From contig DF237229.1 of assembly GCA_000708835.1 (NCBI GenBank), forward strand, positions 1 through 64,000: a stretch of DNA of 64,000 bases, in the 5' to 3' direction. The position numbers were made by a program, and so were the translations under genes. Shown here one piece after another: positions 37,595-49,916 of the stretch. How positions within the stretch are numbered: the first letter of the stretch is position 1; every line of letters begins with the position of its first letter. Origin of the DNA: Klebsormidium nitens. Lineage: Eukaryota; Plantae; Klebsormidiophyceae. The notes beneath the pieces are model-generated. The model had not been told where the DNA came from. It did not search any database and worked only from the letters and a program-made list of their open reading frames with translations.

Positions 37595-40500
37595 CTACCA
37601 AGCATACCCTAAACCCCGGGCTGCCCGTAACAGACCCCTTACACGACAACCTTGAAACTGAGGGAAAAGGCGGATGACTCTTACTGCGGTGGACGTTTTG
37701 AGCAGTTCCCGGATGGCCATGGTCGCGTAGCACGACGACGGCAGCGTCATCTTGATCTGTAGCGCCAGGTGCGGGCCCAGAGCAGGGTCCGCGTGTTTGG
37801 AACCAGGCCCGCGCTGCGCCTCTGCCCTCTCGGCACCGACGTCCTCTTTCTTGACCATGTCCGACAACTCCGTAGCCTTCGGAGCTGTGCTGGGCTCCTC
37901 AGCACTGTCGCGTTCCGCCCGTGCCGACACTGTTTCCGGCATTGCGGCAGCTTCCCTGGCGCCGTTTCCTGCTTCCGGTTTACCCTCTTCGCGCCCGCCT
38001 ATTCGTGCGGCGCTATCGATACGCTTCCCTTCCTCTTCCGAACTTGGTGCAAGCCCTCTGGTCGATGCAGCCCCCTCTTGCTCGCTTGCGATCCCCCCTC
38101 GAACTACGACGAATGAGTTTCGTAGGGCAGTCAACACGTCGGTCTGTTCATTTGCGGCTTGCCCGCTCTCGGACGCTTTGTTCTGCCTAAAGCGCCCTAA
38201 CCACGTCGGGGCGTTTGGCTGGGCGGCGATGCGGTCAATGGCGGTGGGCCACAGAGGCTGGTCGGGGTCCGAGTAGCGGATGAGCTGCCTGTGGGGGGAA
38301 TCGTAGAGGTAAGTCAATCATTGGACGTGAGTCAACCAATAAAGATAAGTCGAACGACAAAGCTAAATCGACTGTGCTCAGGGGCGGGAGTTAGACGAGA
38401 CGGGATTCCATATTGGGGCCTTGATTGATTGGGTAGTTGCCCGAGTGGCCGCATCGAGAGCACAGCGTTTTACTCGCCGAGATTCTCAGCGAATCAATGA
38501 CAAGTCTGACGCAGGAGACATTTGACACGTTTCTACATCGCCGCTAGATTGATTCAGACAGCCGTGGCTTTGCTCTGTAGTTGCTCGAAGCAAGTCATCC
38601 ATCTCTTGAAGCCCTCAATACTTTGCGAAGGGGCATCTGTATTTCCCTGCTTTCCCTTCGCTCACCACTCCAGGTCGCGGGGCTTCTGCAGCAGCTTGCG
38701 GTACCCCCCCGTGAGATACGCAATTGAGTACTCTTTGACATTGTGCGTGCACTTCTGCAGATTCACCCCGTGCTGTGCTGCCACGTCGCGGTATACGTCA
38801 GCCGTCTCGTGCTGCGGATACTGCGTCGCGCCTCCCGGCAGTGGCAGCAACACGTCCGCGATGTTGTACGCGCCAGCCTCAGCCTCTTCCTTGCTCACGT
38901 GCTGCAGGGAAAGAAGTCAGCGGAGTGAGGAAGCGACTACACGCATGCCAAGAAGGGCACTGCGTCGAACTGCTCGGCAGCGATAGTGAGACGTCCGCAA
39001 TGCTACACGCCCCGGCCTCAGTCTCTTCCTGAGTCACGTGCTGCAGGCGAGGGGTCAAGGCAGTGAGGGGAGGTCAAGGGAGAGAGGGGAAGGAAGAGAA
39101 ACGAGGGGGAGTCAAGGAAGACTGAGAAACTCAAGGGAGAGAGGCTGTGAGGGTGTGAGACGAACGAGGGTGTGTCATAGTGGCAGGAAGATGAGATAAG
39201 GTGGCACAGTCGGTGGTTTTGGGAGAGGGAGAATGCTCGACGAATTGTGCAAGCATGGAGCTGTCTGAAGCTGTCAGGCGTAATAGCAGGAGTCATGGAC
39301 TTCCATTACAGGGACAACGACGAGTCGAAGGCGCAGACAACCGTGAATTACGGGAGAAGGAAGACCTCATCACAATGGACCTGGCCGAGCCAGTCATGTG
39401 GCAATCCAAGAGACGAAGGCTATCAAGTATACCCGCCCATCACGCCGGGCTCGACACATGTGGCTTTGTGTTCGCCTGTTCGGTAACAAGGAAGGAGCAC
39501 CGACGAGCTTCAGGGACGCCACACTTTACGCACGCGTCAGCATGTTTTCCATGCAACACCTACTTCTGCCGTGAAAGTCAAGGAAGCGCTGTTGAGTGGT
39601 AGGCTCCGTTACCTTGACCCTGTGGCTGGCCGGCACGTCCGCATCCACGGTGTCTTCCGCTACAGCATCCCCCTCGGGGCTGGGATCGCTAGCCGGGGCG
39701 ACCGCGCCCTGCTCGCTCTCGAACACGAGGTCGCCCTCCACCGCACGCTCGGCCCCTGGGAACAGAAAGCGGACGTCAGAGAAGTTGCTTTTCAGGACTT
39801 GCAGGACAGTACGCGATGCAAGAATCACTCAAGAAAGAGAGGCACAGAGGTGACCCGATGAACTTCCCTAAAAGTAGGTTCCTCCCAGGGTATCGTACTT
39901 CTTGCACGATTCTGAAACGAAAGGAACCAGGGCAGCCGGAGCTGAGCGGTGAATCCGGCCAATTTCTGAACGAAGCATCACTCGATCGGGAACCTCTGGA
40001 GTGCAGTCGCCGATCAACCACCCTGCAAGCGTCAGTAAGAGGCTTTTTGAAAGAACGATCCGCCTTGCAAGGAAGGCCAAGGTCGTGGAAAGGACGAGTT
40101 ACCGTCAGTCGTTCAAGGAACGTTTCCGTTTAATCCGCCGGTGCGAGCTCACCATAGAGCATGATGCGGTGCGTGGCGGCATGGTTCCACAGGAAGCTCT
40201 GATACGCGTGCACGTACCTGCAAGCAAAAAGGGCAGCGTCAGGCGCAAGAACCGCAGGCCAGACTGTGAACTTCCAGTCTTCGCGCAAAGCACTTTAAGG
40301 CGGAATTTCAGAAAGGCTTGTCGCTTCTTCACTGTCAGGACGGATGCAAGCGGACGTTGATTTACGTCAGCCTTCTGAAAAAGACTCTAGATCGATAGTC
40401 GATCAAAGAGTCAAAGACCACTGGGCACACCCCGTGGCATCCACGCTCTCTCATCTTGAACGCACCTCTGTATTACTTAAGAAACGAGCACCTGGTCACG

Positions 40501-43500
40501 TCTTTATTGAAAGCTTGTAAACATACAAGCTTCTCGCACAATGACAAGCTGTATTCCTTCTCTCATTTAAGCTGAAGCCGAAGTATCTGGCGAGAACCCG
40601 GGTGCAGGACAGGTCAGATGCGAACACAAGCATAGCCCTACACCGCCAGGAATATCAACTCCGCTTGCATCATAGTCTCTCATTCTATATGCTCGTCACA
40701 CAGACTCAAAATCTTTCACTCACATCATCCTCAACGTCCTGGGTATACACGCGAGCGCCCCAACCCAGTCGTGCGGCGCCGTTCTCAGCCGCTGCAGCAG
40801 GCTCCTCTCCGCGTTCATGTAGTGCGGCATCCGCGCCAGCGTGCCCCCCGCGTCTCGTGTCCGGGCAAAGTAGGCCCGCGCGGCCGCGGCGTCGGCCCGC
40901 TCCTCGGCGCGCGGTCGGAGCAGCAGATCGACGGCCGCTTGGAAGGAGCCCTTCAGCAGCGCCGCGCCCACCTCGTGCGTGCGCACACTGCCCGTGCCAA
41001 AGCGCTGCGGGGCAGAAAAGGGAAAATGTCACCGAAGTCACAAGGTATCCTCCTGGCAAAGCTGATGAGATCGTGCTCGAGCCCACAAACGATACCAGAT
41101 GCTACTGATTTCGTCTGGACAAACTTGTGTGTCGGTTCTTTCGTCGCTGGGCGCCTGTTCTTCTGACTGCCTCACAATCTCGTCTCCAAGTGTCTGCGAC
41201 CGACTTCCTTATCCAAAACAAAAAACAGACCATCCTGTGCCAGCGTAACGGGCACAAGACTTAATTTTCTCTGCTTACGGAGCTGTGGATCTGAGTCCGT
41301 GGATTGGATAAGCACCACCCAAGTAGACCTCAAATGAACGCGCAGCGGCTGACCTGTAGGCCGAAGTAGTTGATGAAGCCGTGCTGTTGCAAGGCCTGCG
41401 CTGCAGCCACGGCGTGCTCCTGGCTCTCGAGGGGCACACTCCGCAGCGTGATTGCAAACTGATTCCCGCTCAGCTGACCCAGCGACAGGCCCTCCGGTAC
41501 ATACCTGATGGAAACAAAGGCGCCCACGTTACCATTCAATACTTCCGGAATTTGACCTACACTTTCGAGGAAGCAAATGGGAACCACCACAAAAGTGAAC
41601 ACAGATTGGTCCGGCCGCATGAGGTCGTGATCGAGGGGCTGATAGCAAAAGAGGCCACAAGCAGAGGTTCCAAACAAGATAGGTTCAGGCCCTGATAGAT
41701 AGTGGTCCGGTCAACTTCGCATACTCATAAATTAGACACAGGCTCCCTTAACACCCGTTTCAGCTTGACGAAAAACCAAAGGAACAACGATTGTCGAGTG
41801 TCACGCCAGTTCCATCCAGGGCATCTGAAAGGAAGACTGTTCAGGAGCACACTCAATGAGGACATGATGAAGCTTGAACCAGCTAGCAGTCGAAAAAATA
41901 GTTCAGCATGACGTCAGCTCACGTGAAGTTGCCCAGCTGGATGGAGAAAAGGCGCGGGTTGAGCAATGCCAGCCTCTCCGCGGTGACCCTGTGCAGCGTC
42001 ACGTGCTGCACCGTGACGCCCCGCTTATCCTTCGTCCCCGCATACCCAAACGCTTTCGGCAGCACGCCTAACATCTTCCCAATCAGGCCCATCGCCTCGT
42101 GGCTGTCTTTATTTTCCTTGTACAGCGTAAAGCGCACGTGCTTCGGCCGTTCCTTCGGCCACCCACTCTGCCCTCGGCTGTCCAGCGGAACGTCGTCGGC
42201 CTTTTGCCGTTTGTCCCCGCTTCCCGACCCGTCCTCGTTGCGGCGCTTGCGGCCACGCTTGTCAGCTTCGCCGGCCTTCTTCCACTTCTTGTTGAGGTAG
42301 ACGCGAACGCTCTTCTGAGACACCTCGTTGGGGACCTTGCCGTCGGAGGGGGCGAAGCAGCGCGCGCCCTTGAAGTCGACTGGCATAAGGAGGACAGGAT
42401 TCAGAAGAGAATCCAAGTCAAATGCTGAAAGTGAGCAGTTGTTCGCCCAGATTGGCGAGGCAGCAGGCTGAACGTGAGCCACCTTCCATCGTAAGCCATC
42501 AGGTTTCTCACACTTCATACGACTCTGAAGACGTGCACTCAGATATCCAGCTGTCAGTGAGATCTACATCAGCGAGGGTATAGATCGACTTGTAAAATTT
42601 AGTTTTTTGAGTGGTTCCGAGTGGATAGCTGCACGACCTTGGCATGAACCGCTGACGACCTCTTCAACATTCTCTGTTGCCCAACACGTGCCCCACCCAG
42701 CCCCTCCTCTGACCCCTTCGCAAACTTCCAGCGGGCGGAGCGTCTCTCACCAGTATCTGTGACCAACATGGGCAGCCGCGTTTTGAAGAAGTTGTGCACG
42801 GATGTACGGTGCGCCTTGTCCCCATCCGGCTGCAGCACAAGTGGCTCCACCGCCTGCCCCGCCCCCACCGCCCGCAGCAGCGCCTCAAGTTTCCCCGCGT
42901 CTAGTTCCCCCGCAAGCTCCCGGAATGCTGCCACCGCTGTTGAGACCTCGTCTTCGGGGGCCTTCTCTTCGTCACCGTTAGTCTGGGCGACCGCTGTTGC
43001 ATCTTTCTCAATTTCAGCACTCGCTGATGGAACAGTCTGTGGGGGCTTTGCGCTGTCGGATGGGGCGGGTGCGGACGGTAGGAGTGCGTCAGTCTTTGCT
43101 GAATCTGAGGGCGGGCCTGTGGTTGCTACTGGAGGCACCGGACTTTGGCGCCCAAAGTCAGTGGGCAAGAGCAGGTCCTTCGCATCTGGGGCTGCTACCA
43201 CCTGCAGACGTCAGGCAGACGTCAGGCGTGAAGTGCAATGGCTCAGTTGCTTGAAGCTTTCTAGCTGCTCAGAGCATTAGCGTAGAGAAAAGAGTACGGT
43301 TCTCCAACCTCGGTTCGAGCACCATATTGCAGCTTCTTACCTTCAAAGATCCTAAGGCTTCTTGACGTTTTGAAGCATGATTTCAAACAAAGCCATCGCA
43401 GAGTTGTCTACATCACAAAAGACAGCAGTCTCACAAGAACATTGTGTGAGGATCAAACTGACGTCTTTTGTAGAACTTCACATACCTCTTTTGGAGCCCG

Positions 43501-43911
43501 GAGGTCTGTCAGTCGCACCACATTCCCTTCCAGATCCACCTCATTTACACAAAAATCGGCATATCTGCAGGTGGAAGTGAACACTCAGACTTGAGTTGCC
43601 AGCTCCATAGACGGCAGCCAATGGAGTGGTGGTGCAATAAGGAAATGGAGCCTGCTTCAAGCATGGCCCCCAGAAATGCCCCCCAAGGTGACATCTGGTA
43701 TGAAAGAGGTCAGTCGGAGTCATTGCCATCATCAGAGACCAGTTGACCGCTAAGACACAACCACCACCGGGTATGCCATCCAAAGAGTAAACCGCATAGG
43801 TTTCTGTGCGTACGGTGGTGGTTTGCTTCCGCCTCACCTGTGTTTCAGAACGCCGCTAAAGCCTGGGACATCGTTCACAAAGCACTGAATGCCAAGGACC
43901 TCCTCCGCCAT
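37595..43911 (-). CDS. PUS7: TruD/PUS7-family pseudouridine synthase, multi-exon
   Basis: MAEEVLGIQCFVNDVPGFSGVLKHR|YADFCVNEVD, HRTSVHNFFK, RFTLYKENKDSHEAM, FGYAGTKDKRGVTVQ (catalytic Asp), GNQFAITLR, GFINYFGLQ, M|YVHAYQSFLWN, VLLPLPG, LTGGYRKLL, MTLPSSCYATMAIRELLK. The terminal exon after the donor at ~37685 was not located. Confidence 0.95.
38945..39046 (-). repeat. Degenerate tandem duplicate of the 5' part of a PUS7 exon, with its splice acceptor
   Basis: From 39040 the copy translates HVTQEETEAGACSIADVSLSLPSSSTQCP. The real exon from 38901 translates HVSKEEAEAGAYNIADVLLPLPGGATQYP. Both are preceded by CTGCAG. Confidence 0.85.
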
Positions 43912-44150
43912 CTCTCGTTCAGCCGTCTTGCCGAGACTCAAAAATTCTGAGCACAAACTTCTCCTTAGCAAGGTCTGAATGTGGCCTCGAAACAGGCCAA
44001 GGCGCATTCTATCTTGAACTTTGCTGAAGAGCGCCACCCTTGCACCACCACCTGCTGGCTCCTCGACTTTTTTGTCTAGATAGCACAAACACAACGCAAC
44101 GCTGGTGCCACTGCTAACCTGGTTCTGATCTCTGTCAAGCTTGTATATAA

Positions 44151-44679
44151 GGGTACCGTCATTTTGTAACTGGTACCCCCCCATTAATTCTATCGACCAT
44201 TTTTCAAGGGGGTGTTTTCCTAAGGCCCAGGGGGGCCTCGGCTTCGCCGAGGGGTCCCAAGCCCCCCCCCCCCTTTCACCCGGCGGCATAAGGGGGTCGT
44301 CCGGCCAAAAGTAAACGCAAGTTTTTGCAAGGGCTTTCATAGGGCTTTTTTGGAAAAATCCGCATATTCCGCTAAGTTCTTGCACGCTGTAGAGCCGCGC
44401 AGGGCCGCTTTTCAGCATATTCGGCCCATTTTGGGGCAACCTTCGTACGAATATGATCAAGATATGTGAACAAAGTCTGTTTATAAGGGGCTAAATGGAA
44501 ACTTTAGAGACTGAAGGTCCTGGACTCTTGGGGGTCCTCGGTGGTACCCCCCAGGGACCCTCACTCTCAAAAACTGCGCTGGGTCCCCCCCCCCTCCGAC
44601 CATGGTTCTGCATCTCGGTCCAGGGCCCCCCACCCCCATAGAATTATGGGGGGGTACCACTTACAAAATGACTCTACCC
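44151..44679. mobile_element. PIF/Harbinger (Tourist-like) MITE, 529 bp
   Basis: ~42-bp imperfect TIRs: left GGGTACCGTCATTTTGTAACTGGTACCCCCCATTAATTCTAT, right (rc) GGGTAGAGTCATTTTGTAAGTGGTACCCCCCCATAATTCTAT. Flanked by TAA at 44148-44150 and TAA at 44680-44682. No transposase. Confidence 0.9.
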
Positions 44680-44806
44680 TAAGGTAACCGCAATTCATAA
44701 AACCCGGGTCGCTGGCCTACGCGCTGGCTGCCAAGCTCAGTACCGTTTCACGAACGGTTTACTCTAACCAACTATAACCACATTTATGATTTAAGCCAGG
44801 GACATT

Positions 44807-44815
44807 TTAGGGTTT
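44807..44815 (-). promoter_or_regulatory. Telo-box (TTAGGGTTT)
   Basis: Exact motif in the divergent PUS7/FYVE intergenic region. Telo-boxes are known upstream of plant RNA-processing and translation genes. Confidence 0.4.
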
Positions 44816-45051
44816 GCGCCTACCATTGGCATTGGATGATGATGGACCATGGAAAAGTATTAGCAGTGCAAAGGCAAGCTAGACAGGACAATAATAGACG
44901 CGTCTGATCTGTAGGGCTTAGCCCTCTGCCATTGAAGGGCGCCCATCCACTCCAACAACACATCTGGTGGGAAGATTGTAAGTTGGAGGTCTAGCGACGC
45001 GGTGTTCCTTGAAACGTCCTTGCGCCTAACACCGTGAGCCTGGGGTTGCAG

Positions 45052-48000
45052 ATGGCTGAACCGCCACCTTTCCAGCAAGCTGCAAATTGTGCCATCTGTA
45101 ATTGCACATTTGGCACGTTCAGGCGCAAGGTGAGGGTGCACAGACTAATTGAAGCCTTCAATTCGTCTCAGATATCCTGGGTCAGCCGGTGACTGCGCTT
45201 ACTTTTGAATTTGCTGATGAGCTTTTCCTTGTTAAGGTATAGGGTGTTAGATGAATGAGGTATTTGTTGGGGACATTGCTGGTGGTTGGTCCTTGGTCTC
45301 TTTCATTGCTCAGCTTACATATGCAAGGCGATCGTAGCATGGCTAGCTGAATATGTTCCATTTTTGCTTCCTCTAAACCCGCCCTTTCCTTTCTTCATGT
45401 AGCATCACTGCCGCGAGTGTGGTCGAACAGTCTGCGCGGAGCATGGGAGCAAAAGTAAAGTGAGCCTTCTGACCTTCATAACAATGAGTGTAATCAGGAA
45501 GTATCAGCCCATTCTTGAATTGTTCTTGGAGCTTGATTGGCTGAGTAGATCAGTGTCCACAACAGACTTGCTCTCTGGATAGTGGCACTGCATACAGCGA
45601 TCATAAGCGAAAGACTAACGCGTACCTATTTGTCTTTCTATGTGAATCGGGGCGTTGTTTCATTGCAAATGTCTCTGGTTTTGTACTCGTCTTGCTGTTG
45701 CTCTTCTACAAAACCTTTCAGTGTGAAACGTGGGTAACCCTGGCTGCAGGCTGTACCTCAGTTCAATTTGAACACCCCAGTCCGTGTCTGCGATGAGTGC
45801 TATGACAAGAAAAGGTACGAAAGTTTCTTTGAGTCTGAAGTGTTGGCTTGCATCGTAGTTGCTGGAGCTGCCAGCATGTCAATTGTTGAGAGGCAGTTTG
45901 GGGAAGGGATGTACTTTTTACCAGGTTAAAGGTTGCTGCAAGAAGAATGAAAAGGCTTTCTTGATGAATGTCGTGTTCGCCTACCGCTGACTTGAATCGA
46001 AGTTGCATAAGTACTTCTGAAGTTGCATAAGGAGTCCTGAAATTCCACATGTACTTCTAAGTTGCAGATGTATCATCTCGTCTCCTCTGACCAACAATCC
46101 GTTCTGCCTCTCCAGTGTCAGCCCGTCCTCTGCCAATGGGGCCCAGCCTGTGGGGGATGCCCCCCGGTGGAGCGCCACCAGCAGCCAGGCAGACGGGGAT
46201 GCAGACTCGCTGGCCGCCACCCTGGCGGAGGCGCGACTAGCCTCGTCCATGCCTCCCGCTGCCGCCCCGGTGGTTGACTGCACATGCGGCATGCCCCTCT
46301 GCATCTGCGAAGCACCGCCAAAGGAGGAGGTGACCTCTGCAAACAGTGGCCTTGTCTTCTTGTTTGAAATGATTTTTCTTGCACCTTTTGTGCTCGAGCT
46401 GGCTGTCACTTGAGGACTTGCCGTAGATCCCATGTACTCTTCTAGGTTTGAGAAACTTCATGAAATTGGTAAATCATGGTTGACGCCCTCTGAGCATTTG
46501 ATCTAGATTTGGAAGGAAGACCAGCTCCTCTCAGGAAATGTTGGATGATGATGAGTACGGTCGGAGAGGTCGATGTGCAACGAATTGTTTGTCTTATGAA
46601 ACCCCGTAAGACCATGAATGGGTTCAAGCACGTTTTTGTCAGTTGCTTTTCGAGACCTTGATTCACAATACGGCTGAAGGTTTTAAAACATTTTGATTGT
46701 TCTTGATGGAGGGACAACTGTTCGATATGACCGGAGTAAACTTTGAACGAAATTTGAGCGGCACGACTGAATCACCGTACAAAGTTCAACCATTTCATGG
46801 CCACGCAGTGTTGTCCGTTGCCATCTTCAGACTCGCTTAAAGAAGTTACACTTACAATAGCCCCCGTGTGCCCCTTCAGTTAGATGGCAGAAGACTCTAT
46901 AAGAAGTTCGCTTTATGATCGTTACAATTCGGCAAAAAAACGTCTTTTCAAACCAAAATTTCGGGTCTGGTTTTTAACAGGGTTTCCGTCTTTCCCCAGG
47001 CACCCTCTGGGCCCTCTCCGTCATACCCGAGTCCTCCCGTCCAGCGCTCCCCCAGGGTCGCCAAAGCTGCACCCCAGACGACTAAGCCGGCCCCTGCCTC
47101 CGGGAACGAGATGCCCAGGTAAAGTAACCGACTTGTATTCTTCGTTGTGATGGACCTGAAAGAGCGCGCTCGAGTTCCATACCAGAAAGACCATGTAAGG
47201 CAATAAGACCCAATTTTCAAGACGGGACCCAGTTGGTTGGGCGTTTTGCGTATGTACTTCCGTGTGTCAACCCCGAAGAAACGTCCGCTTCTGATTCAGC
47301 GTCAAAATTTGGTAAACGTCATGCCAGCTCGTATGGAGTTGCAAGCAGGGTCCAAGTTGTGGGACGGATGCGCCTACAGACACAACGTGTACTGCGGTCA
47401 CACTCAGTCCGCTCAGGCCAATTGCCGTTCTTAAGACCTGACAGCTTGCCAACAACCGCATTCTTCCGACCACAGCAGATTGCTTGTTCCTCTAAATTTG
47501 TTTCATACCTTCTTGCCTCGCAGTCTTTTCTTCCAATCGACCAACGGCGGGACACCGGAACCATCATCCAAGCCAGTGTACGAAGAGTCAGGGGAGGTGG
47601 GTAGCCTCTGCTTCACTCAAAGCCCGTCTCATGGCTTTTTCCGGAGCAAAATCCTCGACCGGAAATCTTTTTAAAACACAAATATCCGCCAGCGAAGTTA
47701 TCGAACACTGAACTGCCAGAAACGAGTCGTTCAATGAAGCAATTCTATTCTGAACTCGAGAAGCGCTTGTCGCCCTTGGCAATTTCGGAGCCATATTTGA
47801 GCTATTGAATAATCTATCTATCTATGCCCGTCCAATCTTCGTTCTCATTAGTCGGTCCTCCTCCAAGTGCCATCTAGGGACGGCATGCGTTTGCTCGTTG
47901 GTCAGTGGACTTTAGGGGCATGCAGAGCCGAGTTTGACGTGACTGTCCGTTCTTGAGCAGGGCTTGCGCGAGGCTGTAAAAAGAGGGGACGCGTCTGGAG

Positions 48001-48726
48001 TCAGAAGCCTACTCGCAAAGGTGGGGCCGCCGGATCCGCTGGGCCGAAAGCTGTAGACAGCGATGTTTGAGAATCTGCATCTTGCCATTGCACCAACTCG
48101 TGCACGACTCGAACTTGTTTTCTGCACAAGAGATCTTCTGGCATCAGCCGACTCAGGATCGATTGCTCAGCCGTTGCGTGCTATGCAGGGTGTGGAGCCG
48201 TCGTACGTGGACCGGCAGGGCATGTCGCTCCTCCACCTGGCAGCCATGTTCAACCAGACGGACATTGCATTCATGCTGATTGACGCAGGCGCAAGCGTAT
48301 CTGCCAAGAACGGGCAAGGTGAGTCACCCTCCCCGAACTCCAGACCGATGTTTCTGCGACCGGGGCTTACCCGACATTTGACGCCTGGTCAATGCTGATC
48401 AGAAAGCAGACACAGCCTGAGTGCCCAGTCCTTTCTTAAGTCGGTGGCCTTCTCATTTCCTTCATGCAAGCATGACAGATGAGGTTGCGATTGATTGATT
48501 GAAGACAAAAAAGTTGCACTGATCGGCCGGCACTGTTGCACGCTGGCAGCCATTTTGTGATCGCAAATGTACGAGGCCAGCTTATGGTGCTCGACAGCCA
48601 GAGTAAGCTAGGAAAGTAGACCAGAGCTGACCCGACATGAACTACCTCAATGCAGGCGAGACACCCCTTGATTGCGCACCGGCTACCTTGTCCAACAAGA
48701 TCAAAGAGAAGCTTAGAAGAAGCTGA
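45052..48726 (+). CDS. FYVE zinc-finger plus ankyrin-repeat protein (plant-type)
   Basis: MAEPPPFQQAANCAICNCTFGTFRRK|HHCRECGRTVCAEHGSKSK|AVPQFNLNTPVRVCDECY (FYVE). Central CTCGMPLCICEAP. Then YEESGE|GLREAVKRGD, ankyrin YVDRQGMSLLHLAAMFNQTDIAFMLIDAGA...KNGQ|GETPLDCAP, and the stop at 48724-48726. Confidence 0.9.
46000..46070. repeat. Degenerate 20-bp minisatellite in an intron
   Basis: AAGTTGCATAAGTACTTCTG-like unit repeated about 3-4 times. Confidence 0.7.
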
Positions 48727-49916
48727 TTGGATCGACTGATTTCGCGAGTTGGATGAATTGTACTGTATCTTTGGAAGGTGTACATTAAGAGCCGATATAG
48801 CCTTTAGTCATGGAACTGGTTGTACGTACTGTATGGTTAAGATGGCCTTTCCTAGACTTGAAATTGGTCGATGATCCCGCTCTTTTTCCTTGAATGGTCG
48901 AAAGCTGTTGCACAAGACACGTTGGGAACGTGTCTATACCATCTGGCACGTCTACCTGGTAGTTTGCAAGTAAACGAGGCTTGAGCATGGTAAAGTCGCA
49001 CGATTTTTGGCGAAAGGCGAGGAATTATGTCACCTGTACCTCTAACTTGTCAACATGCTGCAATGTTTGCACCGCGCATCTGACTTGCCGATAGGAACTT
49101 ATGCTACTATTAGTGATCGACATGGAAAAGGTGGCAGCTTCAAAGCGTACGCCTAGTCAGCGCCCGCTTTGTAGTAGTAGCCTAGCCTGCTCCATCCATA
49201 TAATTAGTTTTATATTGAATGCATGCAGTGCGCCCCTATAGTCGCAGTGTGCGGCTCACTGAATAGTACGGTAAGCTATCATAGAACGGTAGCTACATGG
49301 TAAGTACGAAACAACTAGTGTTCTGGTCGGATCGTTGCATGCCTATGCTGATCGCTGCATGTGGCAGGCACCAGGCTTGAAAGCTGGAGTCGCGAGCCAT
49401 TGCAAGTTGCAATTTGCAGCATTGCCTGGCATCGCTCAAAGAATTCGGAGGGATCACGCATCTGCCGTCGCCGCCGGCCGGTAGTTCATGCAAACGGCCA
49501 TCATGCATTGTCGACGATTGGGGACCTAGAAGCAGCCTCCGTGCGCCATATGTTCCTGTTGCCGGGGCCGCTGTAGGTTGAGTGGGCCTACATGTTTCTG
49601 GTCGGTCAGCTAGCCCGGGTATATGATACATCCGACCGGGCAAGTAGCTGACGCCGACGGTTCATGCAAAAGCTTTGCTGATTGCCGGCATGAGAAACGG
49701 CATTGACCTTGCATGTGCAAGTCTGTGCAGCCAAACTTCGGCAACCTTTCCTCATTTCTGAATTTTCTCCCCCACTGGCACGGCCACGGCACACGACTCA
49801 CAATCGGTGCTGCAGCTCCTGCCCCCCTCCTGCGCTGCCACAATTACCGTGGCTAATTGTGGCAGACTAAGTTAGAGGAAGGACGGGCCCATCCCCTCCA
49901 CCAGCCGACCGTTCTA

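Noticed and set aside
43834-44460. 208-aa ORF extending PUS7 upstream through the MITE
   Set aside because: Only the last ~25 codons match PUS7. The rest is a chance open frame across transposon and promoter DNA.
46700-47450. Possible inserted element in the long FYVE-ankyrin intron
   Set aside because: Only weak partial inverted similarity (AGACCC...AAGACG), and no TSD or clear TIR could be defined.
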